A DNA stretch of 64,000 bases, taken from NCBI GenBank assembly GCA_963701085.1, contig OY969561.1, positions 192,001 to 256,000 of the forward strand, written 5' to 3'. The DNA comes from an uncultured bacterium. Lineage in GTDB: Bacteria > Babelota > Babeliae > Babelales > Vermiphilaceae. The first letter of the stretch is position 1. Each line of letters begins with the position of its first letter. The notes under the pieces were generated by a model. That model made no database searches and was not told where the DNA came from. It was given only the letters and a program-made list of their open reading frames with translations. Position numbers and translations under genes: made by a program. Below are positions 29,259-39,584 of this stretch, piece by piece.

Positions 29259-30075
29259 TCGGGGAGAGATCTTTGAGGTTAAATAGGTGTAGTGCATTTT
29301 GTGTTGTTTGTTGAGCAATAATTTCAAAAGATTCGCCCCTTAATTGTGCAATATATTCCGCTATATCTTTTATATACTGAGGATGATTTTGTTTGCCACG
29401 CATTGCTTGTGGTGGTAAAAATGGTGCATCAGTTTCTAAAACAATATTTTTTAAATCAGTTGTGGTAACAACGTTGCGCAATTCATTATTTTTAGGATAG
29501 GTAATGGTTCCGCCAATGCCGAGCATAAAACCCCAATCAGTGACCGTTTTTGCAAAAGCTTGGTCATAAGAAAAACAGTGCATAGCCGTCCGCATAGGAT
29601 TGTTTTTATATTCTTCTAATACGCGTAATGTTTCATCATAGGCATCACGGCTGTGGACGATGAGTGCAAGATCGTTTTCAAGAGCAAGTTCTATTTGAGC
29701 TTTAAACGCATCACGCTGGCGATTGAGATTATAATCAGGATAATGCATATCGATGCCACATTCGCCAATACCAACAATTTTATTGGTTTCTTTTTTTTGC
29801 ACCCATGATTTTAGAAGTTCAAAATCTTCCTGCCAGGTATCGGAATCATTCGGGTGAATGCCAACCGTTGCAAAGACAGAATTAAATGTTTGTGCAAGGA
29901 GAACGCAATTGCCATTTTCAATACTGCGGGTACCAACATTAATAATAATGGAGACTCCTGCTGCGTGAGCTTGGTCGATAATAATGTGTGCTTTTGGTAA
30001 ATCAGATTTTTCGAGTGGAGTATCAAAGCTACTTTTTACCATCATGTTAATGTGGCAATGAGTATCGATTAACAT
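29245..30075 (-). CDS. tatD: TatD-family hydrolase
   Basis: IDTHCH, GIHP, GIGECGID, HSR, HCF, LETDAPFL. Confidence 0.93.
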   Translation of the reverse strand: MLIDTHCHINMMVKSSFDTPLEKSDLPKAHIIIDQAHAAGVSIIINVGTRSIENGNCVLLAQTFNSVFATVGIHPNDSDTWQEDFELLKSWVQKKETNKIVGIGECGIDMHYPDYNLNRQRDAFKAQIELALENDLALIVHSRDAYDETLRVLEEYKNNPMRTAMHCFSYDQAFAKTVTDWGFMLGIGGTITYPKNNELRNVVTTTDLKNIVLETDAPFLPPQAMRGKQNHPQYIKDIAEYIAQLRGESFEIIAQQTTQNALHLFNLKDLSPTRSS

Positions 30076-30281
30076 ATTAAAATCCTTGCTAAATAATTTT
30101 TTTAAGATTATTGTTTTAAATTTTTATGAATAATTTGACAAAGTTCTTTGAAATTATTATATCTTACAACATTATACTATATTTGTAGTGTATAGCGTGA
30201 TGAATTTTTGGAAAGAAAGTTTTAGTGAAGAGACAGTGTTTTATTTCAATTATTTTTACTAACCATATATGAGGAGTTCTT

Positions 30282-30569
30282 ATGAACAAGAGCGAATTAA
30301 TAAATGAGCTCAGCGAAGAGACAACATTCAGCAAAATGGATGTTACTCGAGTGCTAGATTCACTAACCCGCGTTGTTAGTCGTGCATTAAAGAAAGGCGA
30401 AAAAGTTTCTATCACAGGATTTGGAAGCTTTTGGATTTCTTGCCGACCAGCTCGTAAAGGAATAAATCCTGCAACCAAAGAACGTATTGATTTGCCTGAA
30501 ATCAGCATCCCTCGTTTCAAAGCTGGCAAAAGCTTACGTGAAGTTGTTCGTTCCGTAAGACTAGGTTAA
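30282..30569 (+). CDS. hup: HU-family DNA-binding protein
   Basis: MNKSELI, GFGSF, RKGINPAT, PRFKAGK. Confidence 0.93.
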   Translation: MNKSELINELSEETTFSKMDVTRVLDSLTRVVSRALKKGEKVSITGFGSFWISCRPARKGINPATKERIDLPEISIPRFKAGKSLREVVRSVRLG

Positions 30570-30606
30570 TCAAAAAAACTTTTCGCAAGTAGAGTTTTTT
30601 ACACAA

Positions 30607-30647
30607 CCCAAGAAGTACATTTTTATGTATTTCTTGGGGTTTTTTTA
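30607..30647 (+). terminator. Intrinsic terminator
   Basis: CCCAAGAAGTACAT / ATGTATTTCTTGGG stem followed by T run, between convergent genes. Confidence 0.75.
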
Positions 30648-30652
30648 TGTAA

Positions 30653-33600
30653 TTATTTTTTCCATCCAGGAAGCAAAGTTAGGTCTAATGTGGTTGCGTC
30701 TCGGAACATTGTACAAAAAATCGCGAGATCAATAGAATTGGCTTCGAGTGCTTGTCTTATTATTGTTAATAATTTTTGTTTGATGGGTTGTGGGCATGGT
30801 GCAAGGATTATTGTGCTCATATAGGTAAATAAAGTGCTTAAAAAATTGCATGTACAAAATTGTCGCGGAACTAAACCGTAGAAAAGAGCTTTTTTTAAGA
30901 AATTTTCTGATAACTGATTATTTTTTTGTAGATACTTTCCTTTTAAATATTCACCTGAAAGAAACATATATATTATTGGATGATCTTTTTTTTCGATAAA
31001 TTTTTTGGCAAGGTCTAAGGCTTTTGGCACGTCGTTCATCATTAATATATGATCGATAGCATTAAAATCAGCAGTCTCTTGATGATTTGGATACTGAATT
31101 AAGCCGCAATTTTTTTGATCAGAAGCGGTTGCAGGTTCTGTTTTTTTTTCTTCTTCTATTGACCACTCAGGACATAAAGATAAGTTTATGGATGTATTAT
31201 TTCCGTGTGCTGCTGCCTGAAAAGCTTTATAAAAATCTTCCATGTTAATACCCTTAGATTCAAAGGTTCGTCTGATTGTTGAAAGAAGGCGTTGTTTAAT
31301 TTCACGCGGATGATCTTCTGTGATCAAGACTATAATGTACTGGCAGAGAAATGTAAGCAAGTCAATATTACACAATTGATTGTTTTCTATGCCAAGCTCA
31401 AGAGCTCTCTGAAGAAATTTTTCTGAGACGGTATAATTCTTATCTGTTTTAAATGATTCTGATAAATAATTGAATGAATGGCAGATACATGATATCGAGT
31501 GACTAAATTTTTCAGCAGCGATTTTTATAAGCTCGTTTCCCTTAGCTACTTTTCCTTTGCTATATGCTTGTTGTGCAGAAAGAAAGGGCTCATAGGTTTC
31601 CTTATATTCTGTATCTTTAATGAGGGGTTTTTTAAGAAGAGAACAAGTGGCCCCAGTTGGCTTTTTTTCTTCTTCTGTTGACCATTCAGGGCATAAATAT
31701 AAGTCGATTGTTGTTTCGCTATGAACTATTTCACAAAAATGGGTAAGATCGATCTTATGAGCGAGAAGGTTTGTTTTAATTTCTAATAACAAGCTTCTTT
31801 TGAGAGAGGTTTCATTGGGTATGGAGAACACTTTTTGAATGTATTTGCATAATTTAACCAAGAATAGACTATTGCAAAATTGTTGTTCTATTAATCCATA
31901 CACAAGAGCGTTGTGTAAGAACTCTTTTGGGACGTTTTTTTGTACTACTCCGTCAAGAACGAGATAAATTCCTCCTTCAAGAAGCTGAGCGGCTGCAGTA
32001 AGGTATGCGCACGGGTCGTGTTGTTGTGTAGCAGCATATTCCATAAGAAGAACACTTTTTGTTATATCTCCTTGAATGGTGGCTTTTAAAGCGGCATGAA
32101 AATCAGGAGATACATTACTATTTTTGAGGTCTTTAACCATACTTTTCTTCAGGTCAGCGATCGATGGTTTAGCCTGCAAAGGTGTTTCTATTTTTGTCCC
32201 TATCCATGCTGGGTGTAAAGGTAAGTTTATTCTGTTCACATCATGAACTATTTCATAAAAGTGCGTAAGGTTGATGTGGTGAGTTATGAGATTGTTTTTG
32301 ATTATCGATAATAAACGTTCTTTGATGTGCGACGGTTTATTTTGTATCGTGATGATGGTATCAATATATGTACATAAAGCGGATAAGAACTCTTTATGGC
32401 AAAATTGATTGTCTATTAAGCCATATAAAAAAGCGTCCTGTAAAAAAGCTTCTGCGGTATTGCTTGGTGTTGATTCGTCACAGAGTAGAAAATGGTGATT
32501 TGAAAGAATGACTAAAGCACAAGGGTGGTTTTTGTTAGCAGCTTGATGCATTAAGATCAAATAGTTTTCTTTGTCGCGATTTTCAGCTGCGCTCACTCCA
32601 TTAAGGAAATCAGGTGAAGTTTCTTTGTATTCATGATCTTTTATCATATTTTTTTTAGAATTTTGAATAGAAGAAAGGATTGTAGGATTACCAACATAAG
32701 AAATGACCGTGTCAAAAGCCGCCGTTTTGATTGGTTCAAAGACCAAGGATAAGTTGATACCATGTATTTCTTTAAATATTTCACAAAAATCGCTGATGTT
32801 AATTCCAACGATTTTAAGAGTTTCTTTGATTGTTGATAACAAGTGGGATTTCATTGAGAAAGGTGGCGTTGTTGTTAATGATTTAATATATAAAAATAAT
32901 GTATAGACAAAATACATGTTGTGGAACTGTTTTGGTGTGTTGCTATGAGCCGGCTTTATTAAACCATAGGTAAGAGCTTTGTTTAAGAATTTTTCTGAAT
33001 TGCTATAATCTTGCTTTTCTAGGTACCATAAAGCAAGCTCTATGCATGCGTTTTGATGATTTTTTTCAGCAGCTTTGTGCCAAAATTTAATGGTATCCTG
33101 TAATTTACCTTGTGATTTATAGTGCAGCGCGGTCTGACAATCAGCAGAGCTTTCCACATAGTTGATATTTTTTATCATATTTTTTTCAGAAGTACGTTTC
33201 TCAAGCAATGTCATTTTTTCATCAAGAGAGATAAGTTTTTTTTCCAATGCAGCAGCTTTGTTTTGAAGAGAATTTTTATTTTGAGTTTTTTTATTTTTTA
33301 TGAGCGCACAACATTCTGGATAAAGCTCAAGAGAGGTTGGATGAGGTGGATTGTTCGCTGTTACATCTTGAGTAAGTATGGGAAGAAAATCATCTATGCT
33401 CACTGATATATCAGTTTTTTCATCTTTGTGCTGTTCTATGTATATTTTTGCTAATGCGTGAGCTGCCGACATCAGTCCCAATTGTGCGCTTTTTCGCAGA
33501 TTTTCAATATCAATGATTCCTGTTGCTTTTTCGTGTGCAAGAGCATCTTTGTAATATCTGCTGGCAAGAAAGGTTTGAATAGGTTGCTTATAGTGAGGTA

Positions 33601-36600
33601 ATTTAAATGTAGTACAAAGTGGTCCTAAAACTATATCTAGATACAACATTCCCGCAGTAAGTAGATCTTCTTTGTTGCTGTGCTGATACATCACGCCGAG
33701 CGTGTAGGTACCAAGGGCATCTATGAGGGTTCTTTTTTTTGGCTGGTTCATATAACGCTTAACGTAGTCAAGAAGCGTGTCTCGGCAAGAGATTACTATT
33801 TTTTCAATAATATCATTTTTATTGTTCAAGTAATGGTGTTGTTTTTGTGCTTTACTAAAGAGCAGCATTGTCTTTTCTAGTTGTTGAGTGTCTTTTTTAT
33901 AGTAGTCGCAAAGAATATAGTAAGCTAAAGCAATTCCTTCTTCAGTAAACTGGTGTAAGAGCTGTATAATCATAGTTGTTTTATTTTGTTGTGCTGCATT
34001 GTGGGGGCTCAGCAGTGCCTCTCGGGCATAGTTGAGGCTTTCGGCAAGATAATTGATATCATCAACACCAAGATAATTTACGGCACCTAAATAAGGTAGC
34101 AGGGTGAGTTGCGCATTAAAATTACCTAACTTTGCAGCTGATAGGAGATAGTGGGCAAGTTCTTTTTGTTCGAGGGTCGTTTTGTTTGGATTTGGAGATG
34201 AGTCTAGAAAATCAGCAGCTATGTGTGCCTCTGCTGCTAAGCAGCACCAATCAATAGCATTATTGGTAAAAATTTTGTTTGTTATAAGATAGCGAGTGCG
34301 TTCTTTAATGTTTGATGAGTCGTCAAAAGTCACAAGACTATTTTTCCTATATGATCGTAATTGTTCAAGGCATTCAAGCGCTTGATTATATGCGCTATCG
34401 TCTGGAGTGTTATTCAAGAGAAATTGTATTTTGAATTCCAACAATTTTTCTTTGGTAATGCCGCTTGCATTGGATAAGTCTTGAGCGTTAAGCATGAGAT
34501 TTATATTTTCTATTACTTTTGCGGAGTTATTCATTTGAATATATATATACATGCGATGTGCTATGTAATCAATATTGTTGTTATTAGTGTTAATTAAAAT
34601 AGTTATGTATGTGAGCGATTCTTCTAGGTTTATATATTTTTCTCTAAGATGTTCATCTATATAGCTTGATGTTCCACCGAATATGTTAGCCAGGCAGTCT
34701 AATAGTTCTTTATTATTATTGTGTTCTTTGAGGTACGTAATTGCTTTGTCTATATTAAGTGGAATGCATTGTTGTATGATTGGCACACGTGTTGCATCGG
34801 ATGAATAATTGAGGTAAGCATATGCCAATTCTAGTTGAGATAGCTCTTTTGTGGGACGGTTTTTTTGAATGTTTTCTTCTAAAAGTTCTAATGCATGATT
34901 GATGAGATCTTTGTTGTTACTATTGCGTAGGATAAAACATGCTTTTTCATACTGAGCGGAGCTGTTATCATCATACTGTATTGCCTGATCAAGTAAGCGC
35001 AAAACAGCTTCTGTATCATGATGCATAGTTGCAGCCCAGTCGGAATATAATGAGCCACAGGCAATTCGTGTCACATGGATAGTGTGTGGTAATAGGTTGT
35101 CGTCTGCAAGTGCTGCAGTAAAATGTGAAATTATTTTTTCATAGTTGGGTACAGATTTTCTTTTAATGAAGAATACGCCTGCTGCAATATTTGTATCGCT
35201 GTCATAATATGAAGGAGCTTGAATTTTGTCATAAAATGGGGAGGCTTCGAGCTCCTTGAGCCATTGATTTTTGTAAGCATTATTCATGGCTGTCAGTGCT
35301 TTTGTTATATAAAAAGCCAATTGTATTATAGCGTGAGGTGTATGATTTTGTAGTTCCGTTAATTTGATGATTAGTTTAAGCGCGAGTGGATAGTTTTCCG
35401 TTTGAATAAAAAAATCATTACATGGTGTGAGTAAAGATAAAATTGTTGCTTGATCATCGGGTGATGGTTTTTTATTACTGATGAACTGTTTTAGAACAGT
35501 TTCGAGCTCTGTGGGAGACAACTCTTTTTCAGTAGCGACATAGATTGATGCTTTAAGCAGCAGTGCGGCGCTCGGTATTGGTCCGGATAGTTTTTCTATA
35601 TAATGACACGCTTTAGCATAATTACCATTGTTTTTATGAGCGAGCGCCATAACGGAGAGGATAGTGTTATTGGATGGTTTATTTGTTTTATATGCTTGTT
35701 CACAATAGGGCAATAGTTGTGCGCAAAGATCGGATGAAGCAAATTGAGGCAAGAGAGTATGATTTTTTTGTTTGCCTATGTCATTGTGTTGATTGGTGAT
35801 GAACTCTACAATAATTTTTGTTAAAGGAGCGAATTTGGCGTACAGTTCAGGGTTGGTTGTTTCTGCTTGCGTGAGAATGTGGATTATTTCATTGTGAGTG
35901 CAATTGTTGTGTGGTGATGTATATTTGAGCGCATTGCATAAGTGTTTAAGCGATGCAACGCTGTCATTTTTACCTTCATAGAGAGTAGATAATGATCTAT
36001 GGAATGTTCTATTCAGTTCTGTAGTGTGTTTCGCATATGCAAGGTGATCTAATCCATTGAGCAATAGGGCTGTTTTTTCCTCTATGTTCATAGTGGGGTT
36101 ATGTTCTATGAGCGTTTGAGTAAGGAGGCCCACACCATATGATAGTGCGAGATCTGTTTTCTCTAATTTTTTTAACTGATTTTCGATAGTGCCAACAAGA
36201 GAAGTAAGATAATTTATATCATCTTTGCAAAAACTCTTTGATGCTGCAATATATGCCTGAAAAACGTTGTTGGTTATTTTCTTTTCTTTAAGATAAGACA
36301 CTTTATTTTTGTCATAAAAAGTACGCGCTTTATGGTAATTTTTGCATTTATAGTGGAGTTCTGCCAGAACGTAATGCAGGTCTGATGCACGTGGATCGTT
36401 TTTTTCTAATGAGGTAGCCTCTAGTTTTGTGATAACGTGAGAACATATTGGTGTATTTGCTAATTCAGAAAGTAGGCGAGATATGCCTTTTTGAGACATA
36501 ATTGTTTGTATAAATTTTTTTGTAGCATCTTTGGCAGATAGAGCATTATCTCCATAATTAATAAGAAATCGACATGCCGCCTCAATTTCTGGATTCTCAG

Positions 36601-37282
36601 GGCAATGGTGGTCTTGTAAAATAGTAAGTCTTGTATTTTTCTGTGTATCGTTAGTTGCCTGTAAATAAAGAATGGTAGCGATGATAAGCGCTGTTGCAGG
36701 ATCTGCGTTATTTCTCAATTCGATAAGCTCTTTTTTGATACTGTCCGTTGTGGTGATGGGGATATTATTGTTAGTAAGGTTTATCGTAAAATCCAACTGT
36801 TCAAAAGCATATGCGCAATGTTTATCTTTCATCTTTGTAGAAAATTCAGGGTCATTAAAAAAGGGAGATAATCGCTGTACATTTTTTTCAGTAAAAGCTA
36901 TTTGTGCATTAATATCACCTTTATACGCAATTTTTTTTAACACATCATGTATTAATTCATAAGATTTTCGAGTTTTTGGATTAAGCATAGAAAGATCATC
37001 AGGTATGTAAGGTGCTATTTTTGCGTAACTGATAACTGCTTGTTCAGTTTGGTTGTTTTTGTATAATCCTTCGATCTGATTAGCCCAAATAGTTGAGCGA
37101 GGTAGTTTTAAATTGTTAGCAAGAGGCTGAAATTTAGGTCGGGTGTTTTTCGGAGTTTGCTGTATGTCATAGTCTTTGTAGAGCAAGGAATTGACAATGG
37201 TCTGCTGTTTGGCATTTTGTGAGCCATTGATTGAGGTGCAGATAAAAAGTAAAAATAAAGACTGAATTAATTTGATCGGCAT
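30653..37282 (-). CDS. Very large (~2200 aa) secreted alpha-helical repeat protein (Sel1/TPR-like), five ~170-aa C-terminal repeats
   Basis: Signal peptide at MPIKLIQ; Sel1-like AAKLGNFNAQ and SAQLGLMSAA; repeated MIKD..Y.E...F / FLxxALxYGLI..QFC. Confidence 0.75.
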   Translation of the reverse strand: MPIKLIQSLFLLFICTSINGSQNAKQQTIVNSLLYKDYDIQQTPKNTRPKFQPLANNLKLPRSTIWANQIEGLYKNNQTEQAVISYAKIAPYIPDDLSMLNPKTRKSYELIHDVLKKIAYKGDINAQIAFTEKNVQRLSPFFNDPEFSTKMKDKHCAYAFEQLDFTINLTNNNIPITTTDSIKKELIELRNNADPATALIIATILYLQATNDTQKNTRLTILQDHHCPENPEIEAACRFLINYGDNALSAKDATKKFIQTIMSQKGISRLLSELANTPICSHVITKLEATSLEKNDPRASDLHYVLAELHYKCKNYHKARTFYDKNKVSYLKEKKITNNVFQAYIAASKSFCKDDINYLTSLVGTIENQLKKLEKTDLALSYGVGLLTQTLIEHNPTMNIEEKTALLLNGLDHLAYAKHTTELNRTFHRSLSTLYEGKNDSVASLKHLCNALKYTSPHNNCTHNEIIHILTQAETTNPELYAKFAPLTKIIVEFITNQHNDIGKQKNHTLLPQFASSDLCAQLLPYCEQAYKTNKPSNNTILSVMALAHKNNGNYAKACHYIEKLSGPIPSAALLLKASIYVATEKELSPTELETVLKQFISNKKPSPDDQATILSLLTPCNDFFIQTENYPLALKLIIKLTELQNHTPHAIIQLAFYITKALTAMNNAYKNQWLKELEASPFYDKIQAPSYYDSDTNIAAGVFFIKRKSVPNYEKIISHFTAALADDNLLPHTIHVTRIACGSLYSDWAATMHHDTEAVLRLLDQAIQYDDNSSAQYEKACFILRNSNNKDLINHALELLEENIQKNRPTKELSQLELAYAYLNYSSDATRVPIIQQCIPLNIDKAITYLKEHNNNKELLDCLANIFGGTSSYIDEHLREKYINLEESLTYITILINTNNNNIDYIAHRMYIYIQMNNSAKVIENINLMLNAQDLSNASGITKEKLLEFKIQFLLNNTPDDSAYNQALECLEQLRSYRKNSLVTFDDSSNIKERTRYLITNKIFTNNAIDWCCLAAEAHIAADFLDSSPNPNKTTLEQKELAHYLLSAAKLGNFNAQLTLLPYLGAVNYLGVDDINYLAESLNYAREALLSPHNAAQQNKTTMIIQLLHQFTEEGIALAYYILCDYYKKDTQQLEKTMLLFSKAQKQHHYLNNKNDIIEKIVISCRDTLLDYVKRYMNQPKKRTLIDALGTYTLGVMYQHSNKEDLLTAGMLYLDIVLGPLCTTFKLPHYKQPIQTFLASRYYKDALAHEKATGIIDIENLRKSAQLGLMSAAHALAKIYIEQHKDEKTDISVSIDDFLPILTQDVTANNPPHPTSLELYPECCALIKNKKTQNKNSLQNKAAALEKKLISLDEKMTLLEKRTSEKNMIKNINYVESSADCQTALHYKSQGKLQDTIKFWHKAAEKNHQNACIELALWYLEKQDYSNSEKFLNKALTYGLIKPAHSNTPKQFHNMYFVYTLFLYIKSLTTTPPFSMKSHLLSTIKETLKIVGINISDFCEIFKEIHGINLSLVFEPIKTAAFDTVISYVGNPTILSSIQNSKKNMIKDHEYKETSPDFLNGVSAAENRDKENYLILMHQAANKNHPCALVILSNHHFLLCDESTPSNTAEAFLQDAFLYGLIDNQFCHKEFLSALCTYIDTIITIQNKPSHIKERLLSIIKNNLITHHINLTHFYEIVHDVNRINLPLHPAWIGTKIETPLQAKPSIADLKKSMVKDLKNSNVSPDFHAALKATIQGDITKSVLLMEYAATQQHDPCAYLTAAAQLLEGGIYLVLDGVVQKNVPKEFLHNALVYGLIEQQFCNSLFLVKLCKYIQKVFSIPNETSLKRSLLLEIKTNLLAHKIDLTHFCEIVHSETTIDLYLCPEWSTEEEKKPTGATCSLLKKPLIKDTEYKETYEPFLSAQQAYSKGKVAKGNELIKIAAEKFSHSISCICHSFNYLSESFKTDKNYTVSEKFLQRALELGIENNQLCNIDLLTFLCQYIIVLITEDHPREIKQRLLSTIRRTFESKGINMEDFYKAFQAAAHGNNTSINLSLCPEWSIEEEKKTEPATASDQKNCGLIQYPNHQETADFNAIDHILMMNDVPKALDLAKKFIEKKDHPIIYMFLSGEYLKGKYLQKNNQLSENFLKKALFYGLVPRQFCTCNFLSTLFTYMSTIILAPCPQPIKQKLLTIIRQALEANSIDLAIFCTMFRDATTLDLTLLPGWKK

Positions 37283-37454
37283 TAAAAACCTTTTGTTCAG
37301 TAACATTATGCTTAATATTGAACATTAAAAAATTTTTTAATGCCTAATAGGTAGTAGTGTAACCGATGTGGTTAAAGTAGTCAAAAGCGTTGTTTTGAGG
37401 TATTCTTTTTTGCAACGAAACAATAGAGCTTTTTAAGTTATTTTAGAGGTATTT

Positions 37455-38690
37455 ATGATTGATCTTACGTTACTTCGAGAAAACCCTGAACGTGTTATAG
37501 CTGCGCTTAGTAAAAAAGATCCTCATTATGATGTGACACAGCTTATATCGCTGGATAAAGAGCTTCGTGCATTAAAAAATGAAGTTGAATTGTTGCGTTG
37601 TACTAAAAATGAATTAGCTCAGCAGGGCAAATCGGGAATAACTCCTGAATTGCGTGAGCAATCGATTGCTCTTGGCAAATTATTAAAAGAAAAAGAATCG
37701 GCGCTTGAAGCATTAGAACACGAATTTAATGAACATTATCTTGCATGCCCAAATATTTTGCTTGATGAAGTTCCCGCGGGAAATAAAGAAGAAAATATGG
37801 TGGTGAGCATGTTTGGGCAAAAGCCATCGTATTCATTTACGCCAAAAAATCATCTTGATCTTGGTGAAAAACTTGGATGGATAGATTTTGAGACGTCCAC
37901 AAAAATAAGTGCTGCAGGACTTGCTTTATATAAAGGCGAAGGCGTTGCGCTTCTTTTTTCTTTGGCGATGTTTATGCTCAAGCATAACAAAAAGCATGGA
38001 TTTAACTTTGTATTGCCTTCATTGTTTGTGAATGAAAAATCATTAGAAACAACCGGTAATTTTCCTAAATTTAGAGATCAAGTGTTTGCAGTGCCTTCTG
38101 ATGATCTGTTTTTAACACCAACATCAGAAGTTAATCTTACCAATATGTATCGCGACCATATTTTTGCAGGTTCAGAGTTGCCGCTGCGCATGACAGCGTT
38201 CACGAGCTGCTTTAGACGTGAAGGTGGTGCGTATGGTTCCAGCGAGCGTGGTCTTATCCGTATGCGTCAATTTGAAAAAGTAGAAATTGTTTCTCTGTGT
38301 AGCCCTGAGACTTCTGAACAAGAGCATGAGCGTATGCTTGCATGTGCAGAAGGTATATTACAAGCTTTAGGCTTGCATTATCGCGTTATGTTGCTTGCAG
38401 GTCAGGATGCATCATGGGCTTCTGCTAAAACATATGATATAGAAATCTGGTGCCCAGGTCAGAATGAATACAAAGAAGTTTCATCAATTAGTAACTGTAT
38501 CGATTTTCAGGCACGTCGTGGTATGATTCGTTTTAAAGAAAAGCCGGAAAGTAAAACGCAGCTTGTTCATACATTAAATGGTTCATCTTTGGCATTACCA
38601 CGATTGATGGTAGCTTTGATGGAAACTTACCAACAGCCTGATGGCACTATTGCAATTCCAGAGATATTGAAAAAAGAAGGATTGTTTTAA
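37455..38690 (+). CDS. serS: Serine--tRNA ligase
   Basis: MIDLxxLR, PTSEV, CFRREGG, QFEKVE, TYDIE, HTLNGS. Confidence 0.96.
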   Translation: MIDLTLLRENPERVIAALSKKDPHYDVTQLISLDKELRALKNEVELLRCTKNELAQQGKSGITPELREQSIALGKLLKEKESALEALEHEFNEHYLACPNILLDEVPAGNKEENMVVSMFGQKPSYSFTPKNHLDLGEKLGWIDFETSTKISAAGLALYKGEGVALLFSLAMFMLKHNKKHGFNFVLPSLFVNEKSLETTGNFPKFRDQVFAVPSDDLFLTPTSEVNLTNMYRDHIFAGSELPLRMTAFTSCFRREGGAYGSSERGLIRMRQFEKVEIVSLCSPETSEQEHERMLACAEGILQALGLHYRVMLLAGQDASWASAKTYDIEIWCPGQNEYKEVSSISNCIDFQARRGMIRFKEKPESKTQLVHTLNGSSLALPRLMVALMETYQQPDGTIAIPEILKKEGLF

Positions 38691-38710
38691 TGAAATTGGC
38701 ATTAAGTTCA

Positions 38711-38824
38711 GCGCTTAATCCTTCAACAAGTTCAGGATGAGCGCAGCGAAGATCCGATAATCTTGTGTTATTTGTATATTCCCCGCGCTCATCCTGAACT
38801 TGTTGAAGGATTAAAGCGCACATA
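38711..38824. repeat. Family-A arm pair with 40-bp spacer; duplicate of the GIY-YIG leader
   Basis: 38755-38824 is identical to 39561-39630 (70 bp). Confidence 0.93.
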
Positions 38825-38841
38825 TTGAAAAGGATTACTTT

Positions 38842-39405
38842 ATGAAGGTTGCATCTTTTTGCATAGCATTATCACAATGGCTTCCGTTGTTTGTATTTTT
38901 AATGTTTGCACGGTTTTATGATATGACGGATGATTTGTGGCGGCAGGCATTTTATGTGAGTAGCCTTTGTGCTATTCTTGTTACCGCTTTTTTGCTCTAT
39001 AAAAAAATTATTATTGATCGCCTCAGATTTGGGATCAATTTGTTTTTAATGAGTGGAGCGGTTGCTTTTTTAACTGATTCAGAATCAGTTTTGCGTTTTT
39101 TTGAAATGTATAAGGGAGTGGTATTTTTTGGTGGGATTATTGTTGTTGGTATAATCACTACGTTCTTTTCACCGTTAGGCTTTATTGGTATTTCAGTTAC
39201 CAATCAACAGGAATTAAAAAAGAGTTCGCTACTGCTTTTGGGAGCAACAATTGGAGCATTGGTGTGGTCCTTCTTTATGAATGATTATGAATCTATTGTT
39301 TCTATAGTAGTGCCTTTTATAGCATTAAGACTTTTGCGAAAAAGTTTCATTGACTCCCTATTGAAGGGATCTGAAAAGCATAAAAGTGAAGAAGAATTGT
39401 TTTAA
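38842..39405 (+). CDS. Integral membrane hypothetical protein bracketed by inverted family-A arms
   Basis: Multiple hydrophobic helices; left arm 38779-38819, right arm 39430-39463. Confidence 0.75.
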   Translation: MKVASFCIALSQWLPLFVFLMFARFYDMTDDLWRQAFYVSSLCAILVTAFLLYKKIIIDRLRFGINLFLMSGAVAFLTDSESVLRFFEMYKGVVFFGGIIVVGIITTFFSPLGFIGISVTNQQELKKSSLLLLGATIGALVWSFFMNDYESIVSIVVPFIALRLLRKSFIDSLLKGSEKHKSEEELF

Positions 39406-39429
39406 ATGTTTATAACTAAATTAATTTGA

Positions 39430-39550
39430 GCGCTTAATCCTTCAACAAGTTCAGGATGAGCGCAGCGAAGATCTGAACGCGTGTTTACTACTGCGTGTCC
39501 TACGAAGCCTTAGCGAAGTTGGGAGCTTGCCGAAGGGTCAGGATGAGCGT
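39430..39550. repeat. Family-A arm plus secondary arm interrupted by a 30-nt family-B unit
   Basis: Comparison with the uninterrupted version at 18481-18550. Confidence 0.85.
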
Positions 39551-39584
39551 AGCGAAGATTCGATAATCTTGTGTTATTTGTATA

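Noticed and set aside
30164-30529. 121-aa minus-strand ORF
   Set aside because: Antisense to the clear HU gene.
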